Shown: positions 1-10,009, counted from the first letter of the stretch. The stretch: DNA of 64,000 nt from an uncultured delta proteobacterium (GCA_963827685.1 CAWHBU010000001.1:224001-288000); one strand, 5' to 3'. The notes: a model not told the origin generated them from the letters alone. Made by a program: numbers and translations.

Positions 1-23
1 GTATCCCCCATCTCCCTATCGCC

Positions 24-2126
24 CTATCTATCTCTTCTGAGCAGGCGCATGGAGCTGAGGATGACAAGGAGTGAACTGGCTTGGTGCATCACAGCGCCCA
101 GGATCATGGTCACCCATCCCTGGGCTGAGAGAATGACCATGATTGTATTAAAAACGAGTGCAAAGATGAGGTTTTCCTTGATCACCCGGAGGGCTTTCCG
201 AGAGAGTCGAACGACAGTGGAAATCTTCCCGAGATCATCGGCCATCAGGGCGATGTCGGCTGTCTCAATGGCCACATCCGTTCCCACCGCTCCCATGGCG
301 ATACCGATGTCGGCTGCGGCGAGGGCGGGGGCATCATTCACACCGTCACCGACCATAGCCACCACTTGACCTTGCTTCTTCCACTCCTTCACCCTCAGCA
401 CCTTCTCTTCGGGAAGAAGTTTCGCTTCGTACCTTATACCCAACTCTCTTCCAATGCGGTCGGCGACCAAAACACTGTCGCCCGTAAGCATCCAAATTTC
501 GGATACCCCTTGCTCCCTGATCTTATCGATAGCCTCCTTGGCTCCTTCCCGCAATGTATCGGCAATGGAAATGATTCCCAGAAGACGGCGATCCAATGCG
601 ATGAGGAGGGAGGTCATCCCTTCCGATTGCTTTGACACCAACAACCCCTTCGCCGATCCCGGAATTTCAACCCCTTCGTTTTTCATCATTTCAGAACTCC
701 CCACGATAATGGTCTTGGAGTTCCACTGAACCTTCACGCCTTTCCCTCTAAAATTTTCGAAGGACTGGGGATGAGGAATGCTCAAACCTAACTCTTCTGC
801 TTTCTCCGTGACGGCTCTCGCTAAGGGGTGTTCAGAACGTTTCTCTGCAATCGCCGCCCAAGAAAGGACTTCTTTTTGATCCATTCCATTTAAAGCATTT
901 ATCTCTACAACTTTTGGTCTTCCGTGTGTCAAGGTTCCGGTTTTATCCATCAAGAGGGTTTCCAATCTTCCCATCTGTTCCAGATAGACTCCTCCTTTGA
1001 TCAAGATCCCCTGCCGGGCTGCATTTCCAATGGCAGCCACCACGGCTGTGGGTGTACCCAGAACGAGTGCACACGGACAGGCCACAATGAGGATGGTGAT
1101 CGCCCGAATGATCTCCCCTGTGATCAGGAACGTGGCGAAGGCAATCAGGATGATCGCTGGGATAAAATACCGTGAGAAGCGATCCATAATCCTTTGGGTA
1201 GGAGATTTCTCTGCTTGGGCTTCTAAGATCAAACGTTTGATCTGGGCCAACTTTGTATCCTCGGCCACCTGTGTGGCTTCGATTTCGCAAGAGCCGGATT
1301 CATTGAAGGTTCCGCAGTAAACCTTATCCCCGGCCTCTTTTTCCACTGGAATCGACTCTCCGGTTAGAGTGGACTGATTGATCGAGCCACAACCAGAGAC
1401 AATTTTGCCATCCACGGGGATTCTCTCCCCGGGTCTGACAATCACAACCTCTTTGGGCTTCACGTCCTCAATGGGAACCTGAATTTCTTTATTCTCTCTT
1501 TTCACCCACGCCGTTTTCGGAGAAAGCTGAATCAAGGAAGCAATGGCCTTCCGAGTTTTTCCCACAGTAACCCCTTCCAAGAATTCACCCAGAAGCATAA
1601 TGAAAATCACTGTCGCGGCTTCCCGATAAGCCCCTACCGCAGTGGCTGAAATAGCAGCAATGGAGACCAGGGTATCCACATTGAGATCGGGGATAAGGAG
1701 CGTCTTCACGGCACTCTTCACAATCGGGTAGCTGCCAAGAATCAAGGAAGCGATGGCAAGGGCAGTCGGGAGGTAGGAGGGGCTCAAACCGATCCACACG
1801 AAAATCCAAGAGAGGCCGAGAGTAACTCCTGAGAGACCCAGGAAAACAAAGGATCTCCTCTCCTTCCAGAAAGTCCAAGTTCTCTCTGCGAAGGTCTCCC
1901 TGACCGCATAACCAGGTTTGGTAATTGCTTTTTTGATCCGCTCTTCTTCTACCCGATGGGGGTCGTAGTAGATGGTGGCTGATGAGAGAACATAACTGAC
2001 CTCTGCTGAGAGGACTCCGGGGACATGTTCCACCGAGCGTTCGATATTCAGGGCGCAATCACCGCAGTGGATGTTCTCAATGTTGACGACGATCTTCGAC
2101 TTGCCTTCGAACTTCTTTTCTTCCAT
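24..2126 (-). CDS. Heavy-metal translocating P1B-type ATPase
   Basis: N-terminal HMA domain (IHCGDC), TGES, CPC, DKTGT phosphorylation motif, HP, GDGVNDAP. Confidence 0.95.
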   Translation of the reverse strand: MEEKKFEGKSKIVVNIENIHCGDCALNIERSVEHVPGVLSAEVSYVLSSATIYYDPHRVEEERIKKAITKPGYAVRETFAERTWTFWKERRSFVFLGLSGVTLGLSWIFVWIGLSPSYLPTALAIASLILGSYPIVKSAVKTLLIPDLNVDTLVSIAAISATAVGAYREAATVIFIMLLGEFLEGVTVGKTRKAIASLIQLSPKTAWVKRENKEIQVPIEDVKPKEVVIVRPGERIPVDGKIVSGCGSINQSTLTGESIPVEKEAGDKVYCGTFNESGSCEIEATQVAEDTKLAQIKRLILEAQAEKSPTQRIMDRFSRYFIPAIILIAFATFLITGEIIRAITILIVACPCALVLGTPTAVVAAIGNAARQGILIKGGVYLEQMGRLETLLMDKTGTLTHGRPKVVEINALNGMDQKEVLSWAAIAEKRSEHPLARAVTEKAEELGLSIPHPQSFENFRGKGVKVQWNSKTIIVGSSEMMKNEGVEIPGSAKGLLVSKQSEGMTSLLIALDRRLLGIISIADTLREGAKEAIDKIREQGVSEIWMLTGDSVLVADRIGRELGIRYEAKLLPEEKVLRVKEWKKQGQVVAMVGDGVNDAPALAAADIGIAMGAVGTDVAIETADIALMADDLGKISTVVRLSRKALRVIKENLIFALVFNTIMVILSAQGWVTMILGAVMHQASSLLVILSSMRLLRRDR

Positions 2127-2181
2127 CTTTCTTGGTTTCAGATTCTGAGTCTTTCAATCTGCCATCTGCTTTCTGTAATTT

Positions 2182-2808
2182 TCAGTCTCCCCAACTCCAT
2201 AAACCCGTGTTGTGAAGACTATAATACTGGTCATTGAGCAACTTCTCATGGAGAGCCTCTTCATTGGCCAATCTTTTGTACATATCCCTTCCGCGGGGGT
2301 CCTGGGTCAACTCAGCCATGGATCGATAGTAGGCCTGCGCTTTCTTCTCTTCTCGAACGGCTATTTTCAAGGCATCCATATCCGTCAACTGCTCTTGACC
2401 TTTGGGTTTCTCCGTCTTTAAGGAGAGGGCCTTCTTTTTGAGAGACGTCCCTTCGTAGAGAATCCACTCTCCTTTCTCCTGAAGTGATTTGAGGAGGTCT
2501 TTCAATTTCTGGTAATGGTTCATCTCGAATTCGGAGAGTTGTTGAAGCATATCCCTGCCTTTTGGATTTTTCGTCTTCTTCGCTGCCTTCGAATAGGCCT
2601 GGTAAGCATTCATTTCTGCCTCCATGGCTACCTTGACAGCCTTGATATCCTCTCTCTTTGTCCACGGAACTTCCTTCCCACATTTTTTGCATGGGAGTTT
2701 CTTCTCCCTTTGGATGACATCAGCCACACTCTCAAAGCCCTCAAGCGTGATATCTGCCTCAGCACCGCATTGCTGGCAAGTCAAGGTTTCTTTTTTGCCA
2801 CTCCCCAT
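2182..2808 (-). CDS. Rubrerythrin/ferritin-like protein with N-terminal Cys4 (Zn/Fe ribbon) extension
   Basis: Two ExxH diiron half-sites (FEMNHY, EEALHE); N-terminal CQQC...CKKC. Confidence 0.85.
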   Translation of the reverse strand: MGSGKKETLTCQQCGAEADITLEGFESVADVIQREKKLPCKKCGKEVPWTKREDIKAVKVAMEAEMNAYQAYSKAAKKTKNPKGRDMLQQLSEFEMNHYQKLKDLLKSLQEKGEWILYEGTSLKKKALSLKTEKPKGQEQLTDMDALKIAVREEKKAQAYYRSMAELTQDPRGRDMYKRLANEEALHEKLLNDQYYSLHNTGLWSWGD

Positions 2809-2832
2809 TCTTGTCTCCTTTCCTATCCAGGG

Positions 2833-3354
2833 TTATTTGGCTAACGCCTCGATCATCTCCCTGCAGAAGGCGGGCAGATCATCGGGTTTCCTCGAGGTGA
2901 TCAGGTTTCCGTCTCTGACGACCTCCTGATCCACATAATTTGCTCCAGCGTTGACCAAGTCATCTTTGATTGCGAAAAAACCCGTCACTTTCTTTCCCTT
3001 CAAAATCCCAGCAGAGACGAGCATCCAACCCGCGTGACAGATGGCGGCAATCACCTCTCCCTTCTGATGGGCCTCTCTGACAATCCTTACCATCTCTGGA
3101 TAACGTCTCATCAGATCTGGTGCATAACCTCCCGGGATGACGATACCGTCGTACTTAGACATATCGATCTCTTTCGCCCCTTTATTCACTTCCACAGGAT
3201 ATCCATGCTTGCTGGTATAGGTTTTACTGCTTCCTGTTCCCACGATCGTGACCTCTGCCCCTTCCTCCTTCAATCGAAAGTAAGGAACCCATAGTTCCAT
3301 ATCTTCATAGTTATTCTCTGCGAGGAGAACTACTTTCTTCCCTTTGAGCCGCAT
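2833..3354 (-). CDS. PfpI/DJ-1 family (type 1 glutamine amidotransferase-like) protein
   Basis: YEDMEL, IPGG, AICHAG nucleophile elbow, ITSRxPDD. Confidence 0.93.
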   Translation of the reverse strand: MRLKGKKVVLLAENNYEDMELWVPYFRLKEEGAEVTIVGTGSSKTYTSKHGYPVEVNKGAKEIDMSKYDGIVIPGGYAPDLMRRYPEMVRIVREAHQKGEVIAAICHAGWMLVSAGILKGKKVTGFFAIKDDLVNAGANYVDQEVVRDGNLITSRKPDDLPAFCREMIEALAK

Positions 3355-3412
3355 GAAATTTCTCCCTTCTAGTTATTCCATATTGGATCGATCCCTCCAA
3401 CCTTCGATGAGA

Positions 3413-3598
3413 TTACTCATTCATAGGTTTATCCTTTTTGCCTACAAGCCGCGGGTCAATATTACCCGTTCCTCCGCAATCCGGAATATAGCAGGTCACA
3501 TCACTGAAGGTACAGGCTTGCTTGCAGGAAGGACATCGCTCGGGCACGGTATCGCTTCCAAACGTGTAATCACAATTTGAACATTTCCATTGAGTCAT
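3413..3598 (-). CDS. Small rubredoxin-like protein
   Basis: WKCSNC...CPSC plus CYIPDCG tail; RBS GGAGG upstream of ATG 3598. Confidence 0.8.
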   Translation of the reverse strand: MTQWKCSNCDYTFGSDTVPERCPSCKQACTFSDVTCYIPDCGGTGNIDPRLVGKKDKPMNE

Positions 3599-3617
3599 TA
3601 TTTTCACCTCCTCGTTC

Positions 3618-4037
3618 TTAAAGAAAAAATGTAAGAAAAATCACACCCAGGACGATTTGAATCAGAACAAAGAAGAAAGTACTGTAATTGATGACCATAT
3701 GAATCAGGGCAAGGCGATCTGTTCCCTTTCCCTTAGAAAGCTTCCATCCCAGGACGACCCCGATGGAGAAGAGAAGGAGGATGAGAATCGCCATATAGGC
3801 GTGGACGCCAGAAGTAAAAATTTCCCCCTTCAGATAGAATAGAGCCCCGCCCCCGAATAAAAAGCCAATCCAGAGGAGGATATAAAATCTTTTTCCAAAT
3901 CGAATATGCCTCTGCCATGGGAAATCCGAAGCGGATCCACGGCCCTTTTTGAATTGGAATCGTTTCCAGCCCAAGTAACCCGTATAGGATCCTGAAAGGA
4001 CCGCCATTAGGATGATGATGGGGTGAACGAACGCCAT
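3618..4037 (-). CDS. Four-TM membrane protein with conserved His (DUF4079/cytochrome b561-like)
   Basis: Four hydrophobic helices each with a His (VHP, RHIR, VHAY, IHM); directly downstream of the cytochrome c gene. Confidence 0.6.
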   Translation of the reverse strand: MAFVHPIIILMAVLSGSYTGYLGWKRFQFKKGRGSASDFPWQRHIRFGKRFYILLWIGFLFGGGALFYLKGEIFTSGVHAYMAILILLLFSIGVVLGWKLSKGKGTDRLALIHMVINYSTFFFVLIQIVLGVIFLTFFL

Positions 4038-4038
4038 C

Positions 4039-4993
4039 TCACTTTCCTCCCTCAATTTCTGCATTCCAACTGACGACGGATTGCTCGGGTCTTCCTTCGA
4101 CCTGGTAGAGAAGGGTTGAATTCACCTTGTATCGTTTTCCTGTTTCTAATGAGATCGGGTACTCGAAGGTGACCCCTTTTTGAGGAGGCACCCCATTTTT
4201 CTTAAGGGTCGAAAAGCTCTCTTCCTTAGAAAAGATTGTCTTTCCATCGGTATCCTTCACCTGGGTATTGAGGACAATCCGATAATCTCCGTATTTTCCA
4301 GTGGGCATGTTATGACCCCCCCCCTCGGTTCGTGAGAGATATTTTGACCGATCCCTTTCCTGCCTCACCCGTGATCAGGGCTGCCTCTTTGAGAAGTTTC
4401 TCGTAACTCTGCGTATGTTGGCCGACCATCCTATTCGGCACAAACATAGAAATGGGAAAACCCTGTACCGCTTTCCGCTCCACTCTTGGCATATGGCATT
4501 CCTGACAGGTCTTTTTTGAACCGCTCGCTTGCCATTCCTGAAAGGTCGGCATGTGGCACCCTGCGCAGAATTCGGATTTGAGCATTGATTCATCCTGCTC
4601 GGATTTGTGCTTGGCAGTGAGCTTATAAGGGCCATAGATCATATTATTTTTGAGATGGCAGGTGGTGCAGTTGACCCCCTCCTCCTTGTGGACTGGCCTG
4701 GTCTTTAGATTCTTCTCATCGGCAATCTCTTGAGCCGCATGGCAACTGATACATTCTTCCGCCCCATAGTTCTTCGTTCCTTTTTTAAATGGATCATTGA
4801 CAAAAGCCCTGGAGTGGAAATCCTTTGACCACTCCGCGTAGATCAGTTTATGACATTCATTGCACTCTGAAGATTTCACGGTCTTGTCACCCATCTCAAG
4901 CAGGTAATCGTATTTAGCGGCCACCAAGAACAGCGAAACCAAAACCAATCCTAAAAAAATCCATTTTCTATTTCTCATCATTTTCCTCTCCAT
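4039..4993 (-). pseudogene. Pentaheme c-type cytochrome (c554-like) frameshifted at a G9 tract (4316-4324)
   Basis: Five CxxCH in 4310..4993; removing one G joins ...LTNRGG to GHNMPTG... of 4039..4368, restoring the N-x-G-x-GH-x-x-PTG motif. Confidence 0.8.
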
Positions 4994-5005
4994 CTTATGT
5001 TGCTA

Positions 5006-5488
5006 TTAATCTTCGTAAAGATTGAGATCATAACCCAACTGAATCGCCTTCATATTCTCTTTGAGATAGGATTTGGGCAAGAGTTTTTCCAGCTCGACAT
5101 GAGAGATGTCGAGATCGATCAATCGAAACAGCCTGCCAAGAGCGATCATGTTGCCGAAGATCGCCTGACCGAACTTCTCAATTCCTATCATACCAAAAGG
5201 AACCTCTTCATCCGTGCAGAGTCCGGTATCGCAGATCGTCTTCTGGGCAATGAGTTGATCCCCTTTTCCGTGGAGACGGATGAGAATGTCTGCCTCATCG
5301 ATCATTGGATTTTCGATAGGCCTTTGATCATAAGTGAGGTAGGCACTGATCCGTGTATTGCGAATGGAGGAATCGTAGTCAAAGAGAAGAGCGACCTCAT
5401 AGCCCAACTCCTTCAACGCCATGGCAAGGACATGGGAAATGACCCTGACCGATTGCCCTCCCACTCCTGTAAAGACGATTCGCCTCAT
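5006..5488 (-). CDS. 2-oxoacid:ferredoxin oxidoreductase gamma subunit
   Basis: N-terminal GVGGQ, NMIALG, ENMKAIQLG; follows the beta subunit. Confidence 0.85.
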   Translation of the reverse strand: MRRIVFTGVGGQSVRVISHVLAMALKELGYEVALLFDYDSSIRNTRISAYLTYDQRPIENPMIDEADILIRLHGKGDQLIAQKTICDTGLCTDEEVPFGMIGIEKFGQAIFGNMIALGRLFRLIDLDISHVELEKLLPKSYLKENMKAIQLGYDLNLYED

Positions 5489-5531
5489 AGAAGTTTCTCT
5501 AAAGAACCCCTCGCTTGCCTAACATATACTT

Positions 5532-5698
5532 CAAATTCCAATCACCAAATCCCAAATAAGCTCCAATTTTTCAATACTCAAATTTCAAAACTTTAATTTA
5601 TTAAACAAGAATTTTGGTTATTGAAATTTTGGTCATTATTTGGCTATTGGTGCTTGCCCCGCACCGTATTAGGTACAGGGCTTGGAATTTGGTGCTTC
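5532..5698. repeat. Degenerate inverted-repeat element built from 7-8 nt periodic units, with a small nested hairpin
   Basis: CCAAAT-rich arm (5532-5590) mirrored by a TTTGG-rich arm (5610-5698); similar text at 30718-30785 and 63900-63990. Confidence 0.6.
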
Positions 5699-5739
5699 AT
5701 AACTCCTCAAGACGTTTTAAATAATCATTCAGCCTTTTC

Positions 5740-6774
5740 TTACTTCAACCTTCCCACCACAGGAAATTTAAAAACCATATCTTCTCCGTGGGGTGCGATA
5801 TCAATATCTTTTGTCAGATCCTTGCCTGCTATATGGCACCGCATCCTTTTCTCTCCTTGAAACAGAGGGCTTGCCGAAAGATCATAGACTTTTCCCTTAT
5901 AGGCAATGAAAATGGGTTTCCCCCCTGTGCCGTCGAAACGTTGGAGCTCCTCAAGGGTGAAGGGTTTTAGATCCTCCAACGGGATCTCAGGTTTTGCCTC
6001 CACCCTCTCGACCGGCTGGGGTATTTCCCCCAGCATTGCCTTGGCGATTCCCAATTCATCTTCTTGGAGATGGTCTCTTTCGCCTTCGACAATATGGAAT
6101 CTTTCATCGAACCATTTGAACATCTGATGAGCTGTTTTGAACCCCAGCCTTCTTCCGTTGAGCTCAATGCAGTCACTGATGATGTCCACAAAACTGAATC
6201 CTTTCCAGAGGAGGGCCTCACGAATACAGGTCTTGAAATGATTGAGGTGATAGGCCGTTGTCCGGGCATAAAAATAGGGAGCCTGTTGGGTGAGGAGGTG
6301 ACCCAACCGAAGGGGAAGATAAGGTTCTCCACGAGGCGAGGTAATAGTCTTCGTCCCTTTGGGCGTGGTCGGTCCAGCCTGGCCACCCGTCAATCCATAG
6401 ATTTCGTTATCGTTACAAAAGATAGTGATGTCAGGATTTCGGCGGGAGGTGTGGAGGAGGTGGTTTCCTCCAATACTTGCCAGATCGCCATCTCCGGAGA
6501 GGACAATGACATTGAGGTCCGGACGGACGGTCTTGATGGTCTCCGCCGAAGTCAGCACCCGGCCATGGGGAGTGTGAATCGCATCTAAGTTCATATATCC
6601 TGACATTCTTCCTGAACAACCGATTCCAGAGACGGCAACCGTATTTTTATCGTTCCAGCCGAGCTCTTTGATAGCCATGGCCGCATTTTTCAATACGGCA
6701 CCAATGCCGCAGCCAGGGCACCAGGTGTGAGGGAACCGCCTCATCTTTAGGAGTTCTTTATAAGAACGATCCAT
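5740..6774 (-). CDS. 2-oxoacid:ferredoxin oxidoreductase beta subunit fused to a C-terminal cytochrome b5-like heme/steroid-binding domain
   Basis: WCPGCG, SGIGCS, GDGD...N TPP motif, YGLTGGQ; C-terminus FTLEEL..DG..KVYD..H.AGKDLT..APHG. Confidence 0.88.
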   Translation of the reverse strand: MDRSYKELLKMRRFPHTWCPGCGIGAVLKNAAMAIKELGWNDKNTVAVSGIGCSGRMSGYMNLDAIHTPHGRVLTSAETIKTVRPDLNVIVLSGDGDLASIGGNHLLHTSRRNPDITIFCNDNEIYGLTGGQAGPTTPKGTKTITSPRGEPYLPLRLGHLLTQQAPYFYARTTAYHLNHFKTCIREALLWKGFSFVDIISDCIELNGRRLGFKTAHQMFKWFDERFHIVEGERDHLQEDELGIAKAMLGEIPQPVERVEAKPEIPLEDLKPFTLEELQRFDGTGGKPIFIAYKGKVYDLSASPLFQGEKRMRCHIAGKDLTKDIDIAPHGEDMVFKFPVVGRLK

Positions 6775-7820
6775 CACCCTCGCGCTCCCTTCACACACTC
6801 CTCGATCTGACTCTGAATCCATTTGAGTTTAAACCCGCCTCCTAGGCAGGGGACTTTCATCACTTTTCGGCAAATGGCGCATTCGACCCAACTCGCATAC
6901 TGACCATCACTCCCTTCAACGACAATGATGTCGCGATAAGATTGGGTCACTTCCTTCAATTCGTTCTCCAAGACAGGATAGATGCGGACAGGTCGAAATA
7001 TAGAGAAACGATCTTTTAGTGATGAAATGATCCTCGAGGTGATTCCAAAGGCGATGAGCAGGGTTTCGGAGTTCTTGCAGGGAAGATATTCAAAGAGGGG
7101 ATACTTCTCGGCAACACGATCATGACGGTCTTTCAACTCCCAGAGCCATCCTCGGTAGATCTCCGGATCATTGGTTTTCACATTTCCCATCTTATCATGA
7201 ACCGTCCCGGTGAAAAGCCTCTGGCCCCTGCCCAAAGGTTCTTTTGAGCGGGGAACGACCTCTATCGCTATGCCATCAAGATCCACTATCTCATAAAGGT
7301 GGGAAAGGAAGGCGTCCGCAAGGAGGATGACCGGTGAGAGAGATTCCTCGGCTGCATTGAAGGCCGTAGCTGTTAGACGGAAACATTCCTTTACTGAATT
7401 TGGATAGAAGGCGATAGGGTAATAGTCTCCTGCGCTTCCTGCTTTGATTTGAAGGAGATCCGATTGAGCGGGCTGAGTGGGCATCCCGGTCGATGGACCC
7501 ACCCGCATCGAATTGACGAAGACACAGGGAGCCTCCACGACATGGCCCCATCCCAAGGCCTCCTGCATCAACGAAAATCCTGGCCCTGAGGTGGCGGTAA
7601 AAGATTTAACTCCAGCTAATGAAGCAGAGATCGTGGCAATGGCCGCAGCAATTTCATCCTCGGCCTGGAGAAATCGAAATTCGGGGTTTTCATCTGAATA
7701 GAGAGCGGCCTGTTGTAGAATCTCTGAGGTCGGACTGATGGGATAGCCAGCAAAGTAGCTGGCACCGGCCCGAACCGCACCCTGAAAGATGGCTTCATTT
7801 CCAGAAACGAGGCCCTTCAT
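6774..7820 (-). CDS. 2-oxoacid:ferredoxin oxidoreductase alpha subunit
   Basis: GNEA, AGYPISP, QAEDE, TATSGPG, GPSTGMPT. Confidence 0.93.
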   Translation of the reverse strand: MKGLVSGNEAIFQGAVRAGASYFAGYPISPTSEILQQAALYSDENPEFRFLQAEDEIAAAIATISASLAGVKSFTATSGPGFSLMQEALGWGHVVEAPCVFVNSMRVGPSTGMPTQPAQSDLLQIKAGSAGDYYPIAFYPNSVKECFRLTATAFNAAEESLSPVILLADAFLSHLYEIVDLDGIAIEVVPRSKEPLGRGQRLFTGTVHDKMGNVKTNDPEIYRGWLWELKDRHDRVAEKYPLFEYLPCKNSETLLIAFGITSRIISSLKDRFSIFRPVRIYPVLENELKEVTQSYRDIIVVEGSDGQYASWVECAICRKVMKVPCLGGGFKLKWIQSQIEECVKGARG

Positions 7821-8017
7821 CCTTTTCCCTTTTCATCCATCACCTCGATGGCGATGTCAGGACAATAGCGTTCACACTGGTAACACTGGATACATCCGTC
7901 TTTCTCCATGATCTCATTCTTCTCAAGAGAGAGGACCTGAACCGGACAGACCTCTACGCAGAGGAGGCACCGTTTACAATAGATTTCATTCCAGATTACA
8001 TGGAGTCTCGGCTTCAT
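7817..8017 (-). CDS. 2x[4Fe-4S] ferredoxin (OFOR delta subunit)
   Basis: Two CxxCxxCxxxCP motifs; overlaps the alpha start. Confidence 0.92.
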   Translation of the reverse strand: MKPRLHVIWNEIYCKRCLLCVEVCPVQVLSLEKNEIMEKDGCIQCYQCERYCPDIAIEVMDEKGKG

Positions 8018-8592
8018 GGATTCCGAACAAGCCTCCTTCCAACGTCAAAGGCCTGTTGGAGTGCCTCCGGATGTTTTAAAATATCGCCCTTGGCCTCAAC
8101 GCCCCGGAAGACAAGTTCACCTAAATATTCTGCGTTGAGGACATCAAAGAAATACTTGACCGTGAGAATGGCTCCATCGAAAACTTTCTGTCCTTTTGTC
8201 GCTCCCACGGAAATAAAGAAACCTTTTCTCTTTTTTCCTTCTTTCCCTAAGGAGGGATCTTTGAGGAGATATTTTCTTGCCCAGAGAGCCTGGGTTCGAT
8301 CAATCAGGGCCTTGGACCAGGCGGTGACACCGTAAAAAAAGATCGGCGAAGCAAGAATCACAACATCTGCCTTCAGCAGTTTGGGATAAATTTTTCCCAT
8401 ATCGTCCAAAATGATACATTTTCCCGTTTCGTCACATCCATGGCATTCTTTACAAGGGCTGATGGTAAAATCGCTGAGATAAAGACGCTCTACGCTCGCT
8501 CCCTCCTTCTCGGCTCCCTTAAGGGCCTCTTCCAAAAGAATTTCTGTATTGCCCCCTCTTCTCGGGCTGCCAAAGAGTCCCAGAACTTTCAC
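8014..8592 (-). CDS. Flavodoxin family / iron-sulfur flavoprotein
   Basis: GSPRRGGNT, CxxCxxCx5C, ASPIFF; GTG start overlaps the upstream stop. Confidence 0.9.
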   Translation of the reverse strand: MKVLGLFGSPRRGGNTEILLEEALKGAEKEGASVERLYLSDFTISPCKECHGCDETGKCIILDDMGKIYPKLLKADVVILASPIFFYGVTAWSKALIDRTQALWARKYLLKDPSLGKEGKKRKGFFISVGATKGQKVFDGAILTVKYFFDVLNAEYLGELVFRGVEAKGDILKHPEALQQAFDVGRRLVRNP

Positions 8593-9797
8593 CGAAGCCT
8601 CCAATCTCCCTCCCCTTGGACGGGCCATGGGATCGAACCGAGATCTCTCAGTCCATCCAATTGAGGCTGATCAATCCCTTTATGCTGGACCAGTACTTTA
8701 AAAACTTCACCCATTCCCATCTCCGGTTCGATCAGGTGCTTCAACGAAAGCCTCAATTTTAGTCCCTCCAATTCAGATCTCTCCTTCCCTAAAGCCTCCA
8801 TTTGTTCGAGGATACCAAGCCCGATGAGAAAATGATATTGTGGAACGAGGCCAGTGAACTGGAGGCCAGCTTCTTCTCCCTTTCGGATCAAGCTGGTAAA
8901 GTTGACATGGGAGGTGATGTCCTGTTCCCCCAGCCGTTCATAAGGATTTTCTGAGGTTTGATGTTGAAAATAACAGAGGAGTGTCCCCTCTCGTCGATGG
9001 GGAGCATAGAGTTCCTCAGAGAGATAACCATAGTCGATCGTCAGGACGAATCCTCGCTCCAAGCACCGGGCCACCTTTTCCATCCATTCCAAGGCCCGTA
9101 GATTCACCTCTGCCTTCTGGCCCTCTTGCAGAGTGACGTCCATGGATTGGAAATAACCAGAGATCCTTGGATCAGAAGGTTCACCCCATCGCTCTTCAAA
9201 TTGGCCGTTTTGTTGAGTGACATAGAGTTCTTTTAAATTTCCTTGATCGAGGATTACTCTGTGAACAGGAAAGGCGTCAACGAGTTCATTGGAGAGGAAA
9301 CATCCTTGAATGCGAACCTTCCCGTCACTGAACTTTTTTGGGTCCATCCAAAAAACCTTTCCTTCTCTTTCTTTTTCAGAAAGTCTTTCCCTCTGCTCTT
9401 TTGAAAAAGGAGGGGCGGTCTCGATGAGGTGATAGCGGAGATGTTGGTAGAAGGCCGGTGAGCTCTTCTTCGCCCAATCTAAGATGTCCTCGCAGAGAAA
9501 CCCACTACCTCCTCCCATCTCGACCGCATCAAAATTTTCTCCTCCCAAAATCTCTGCCATCTGGAAGAGTTGTTTAGCGATCAAATGTCCGAAAAGAGGA
9601 TTGACAGAGGGACTCGTATAGTAGTCCCCCTCTTTCCCGATCCTTGTCTCATCGGATTGGTAATATCCATATTCGGGATGGTAGAGACACCACTCCATGA
9701 ATTGAGAGAAGGGAATGGGTCCCCCTTTCTCAATTTGAGAGAGAATAAATCTCCTCAAACTCTCTCCCCGGTTTCCTTTCTCTTCTTCCATATACAA
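8589..9797 (-). CDS. MidA/NDUFAF7-family SAM-dependent methyltransferase
   Basis: GYY...GDYYTSP, EMGGGSG, SNELVDAFP, IDYG, QDITSHVNF; true start may be TTG 9758. Confidence 0.92.
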   Translation of the reverse strand: MYMEEEKGNRGESLRRFILSQIEKGGPIPFSQFMEWCLYHPEYGYYQSDETRIGKEGDYYTSPSVNPLFGHLIAKQLFQMAEILGGENFDAVEMGGGSGFLCEDILDWAKKSSPAFYQHLRYHLIETAPPFSKEQRERLSEKEREGKVFWMDPKKFSDGKVRIQGCFLSNELVDAFPVHRVILDQGNLKELYVTQQNGQFEERWGEPSDPRISGYFQSMDVTLQEGQKAEVNLRALEWMEKVARCLERGFVLTIDYGYLSEELYAPHRREGTLLCYFQHQTSENPYERLGEQDITSHVNFTSLIRKGEEAGLQFTGLVPQYHFLIGLGILEQMEALGKERSELEGLKLRLSLKHLIEPEMGMGEVFKVLVQHKGIDQPQLDGLRDLGSIPWPVQGEGDWRLR

Positions 9798-10009
9798 AGG
9801 AGTTCCCTGGTGTGGTATCCGGATTGAACCAACTCCCAGCCTTCCTTTCCTTTCTCACGAAAGAGATCTTCCAGCCATTCAATGCCTCCTGGAAAGACAT
9901 CGTGGACAAAACAGAGGCCGTCCTGATCGCATTCGATGGTAGGCTTCTCTTTCCCGGCCTGCCGCTCTGGCAGTTCGTGAATCGTAATCTGATATTCCCA
10001 TTGGGTCAT
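9755..10009 (-). CDS. Small DUF4177-like protein
   Basis: WEY at the N-terminus and GxEGWELV pattern. Confidence 0.65.
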   Translation of the reverse strand: MTQWEYQITIHELPERQAGKEKPTIECDQDGLCFVHDVFPGGIEWLEDLFREKGKEGWELVQSGYHTRELLCIWKKRKETGERV

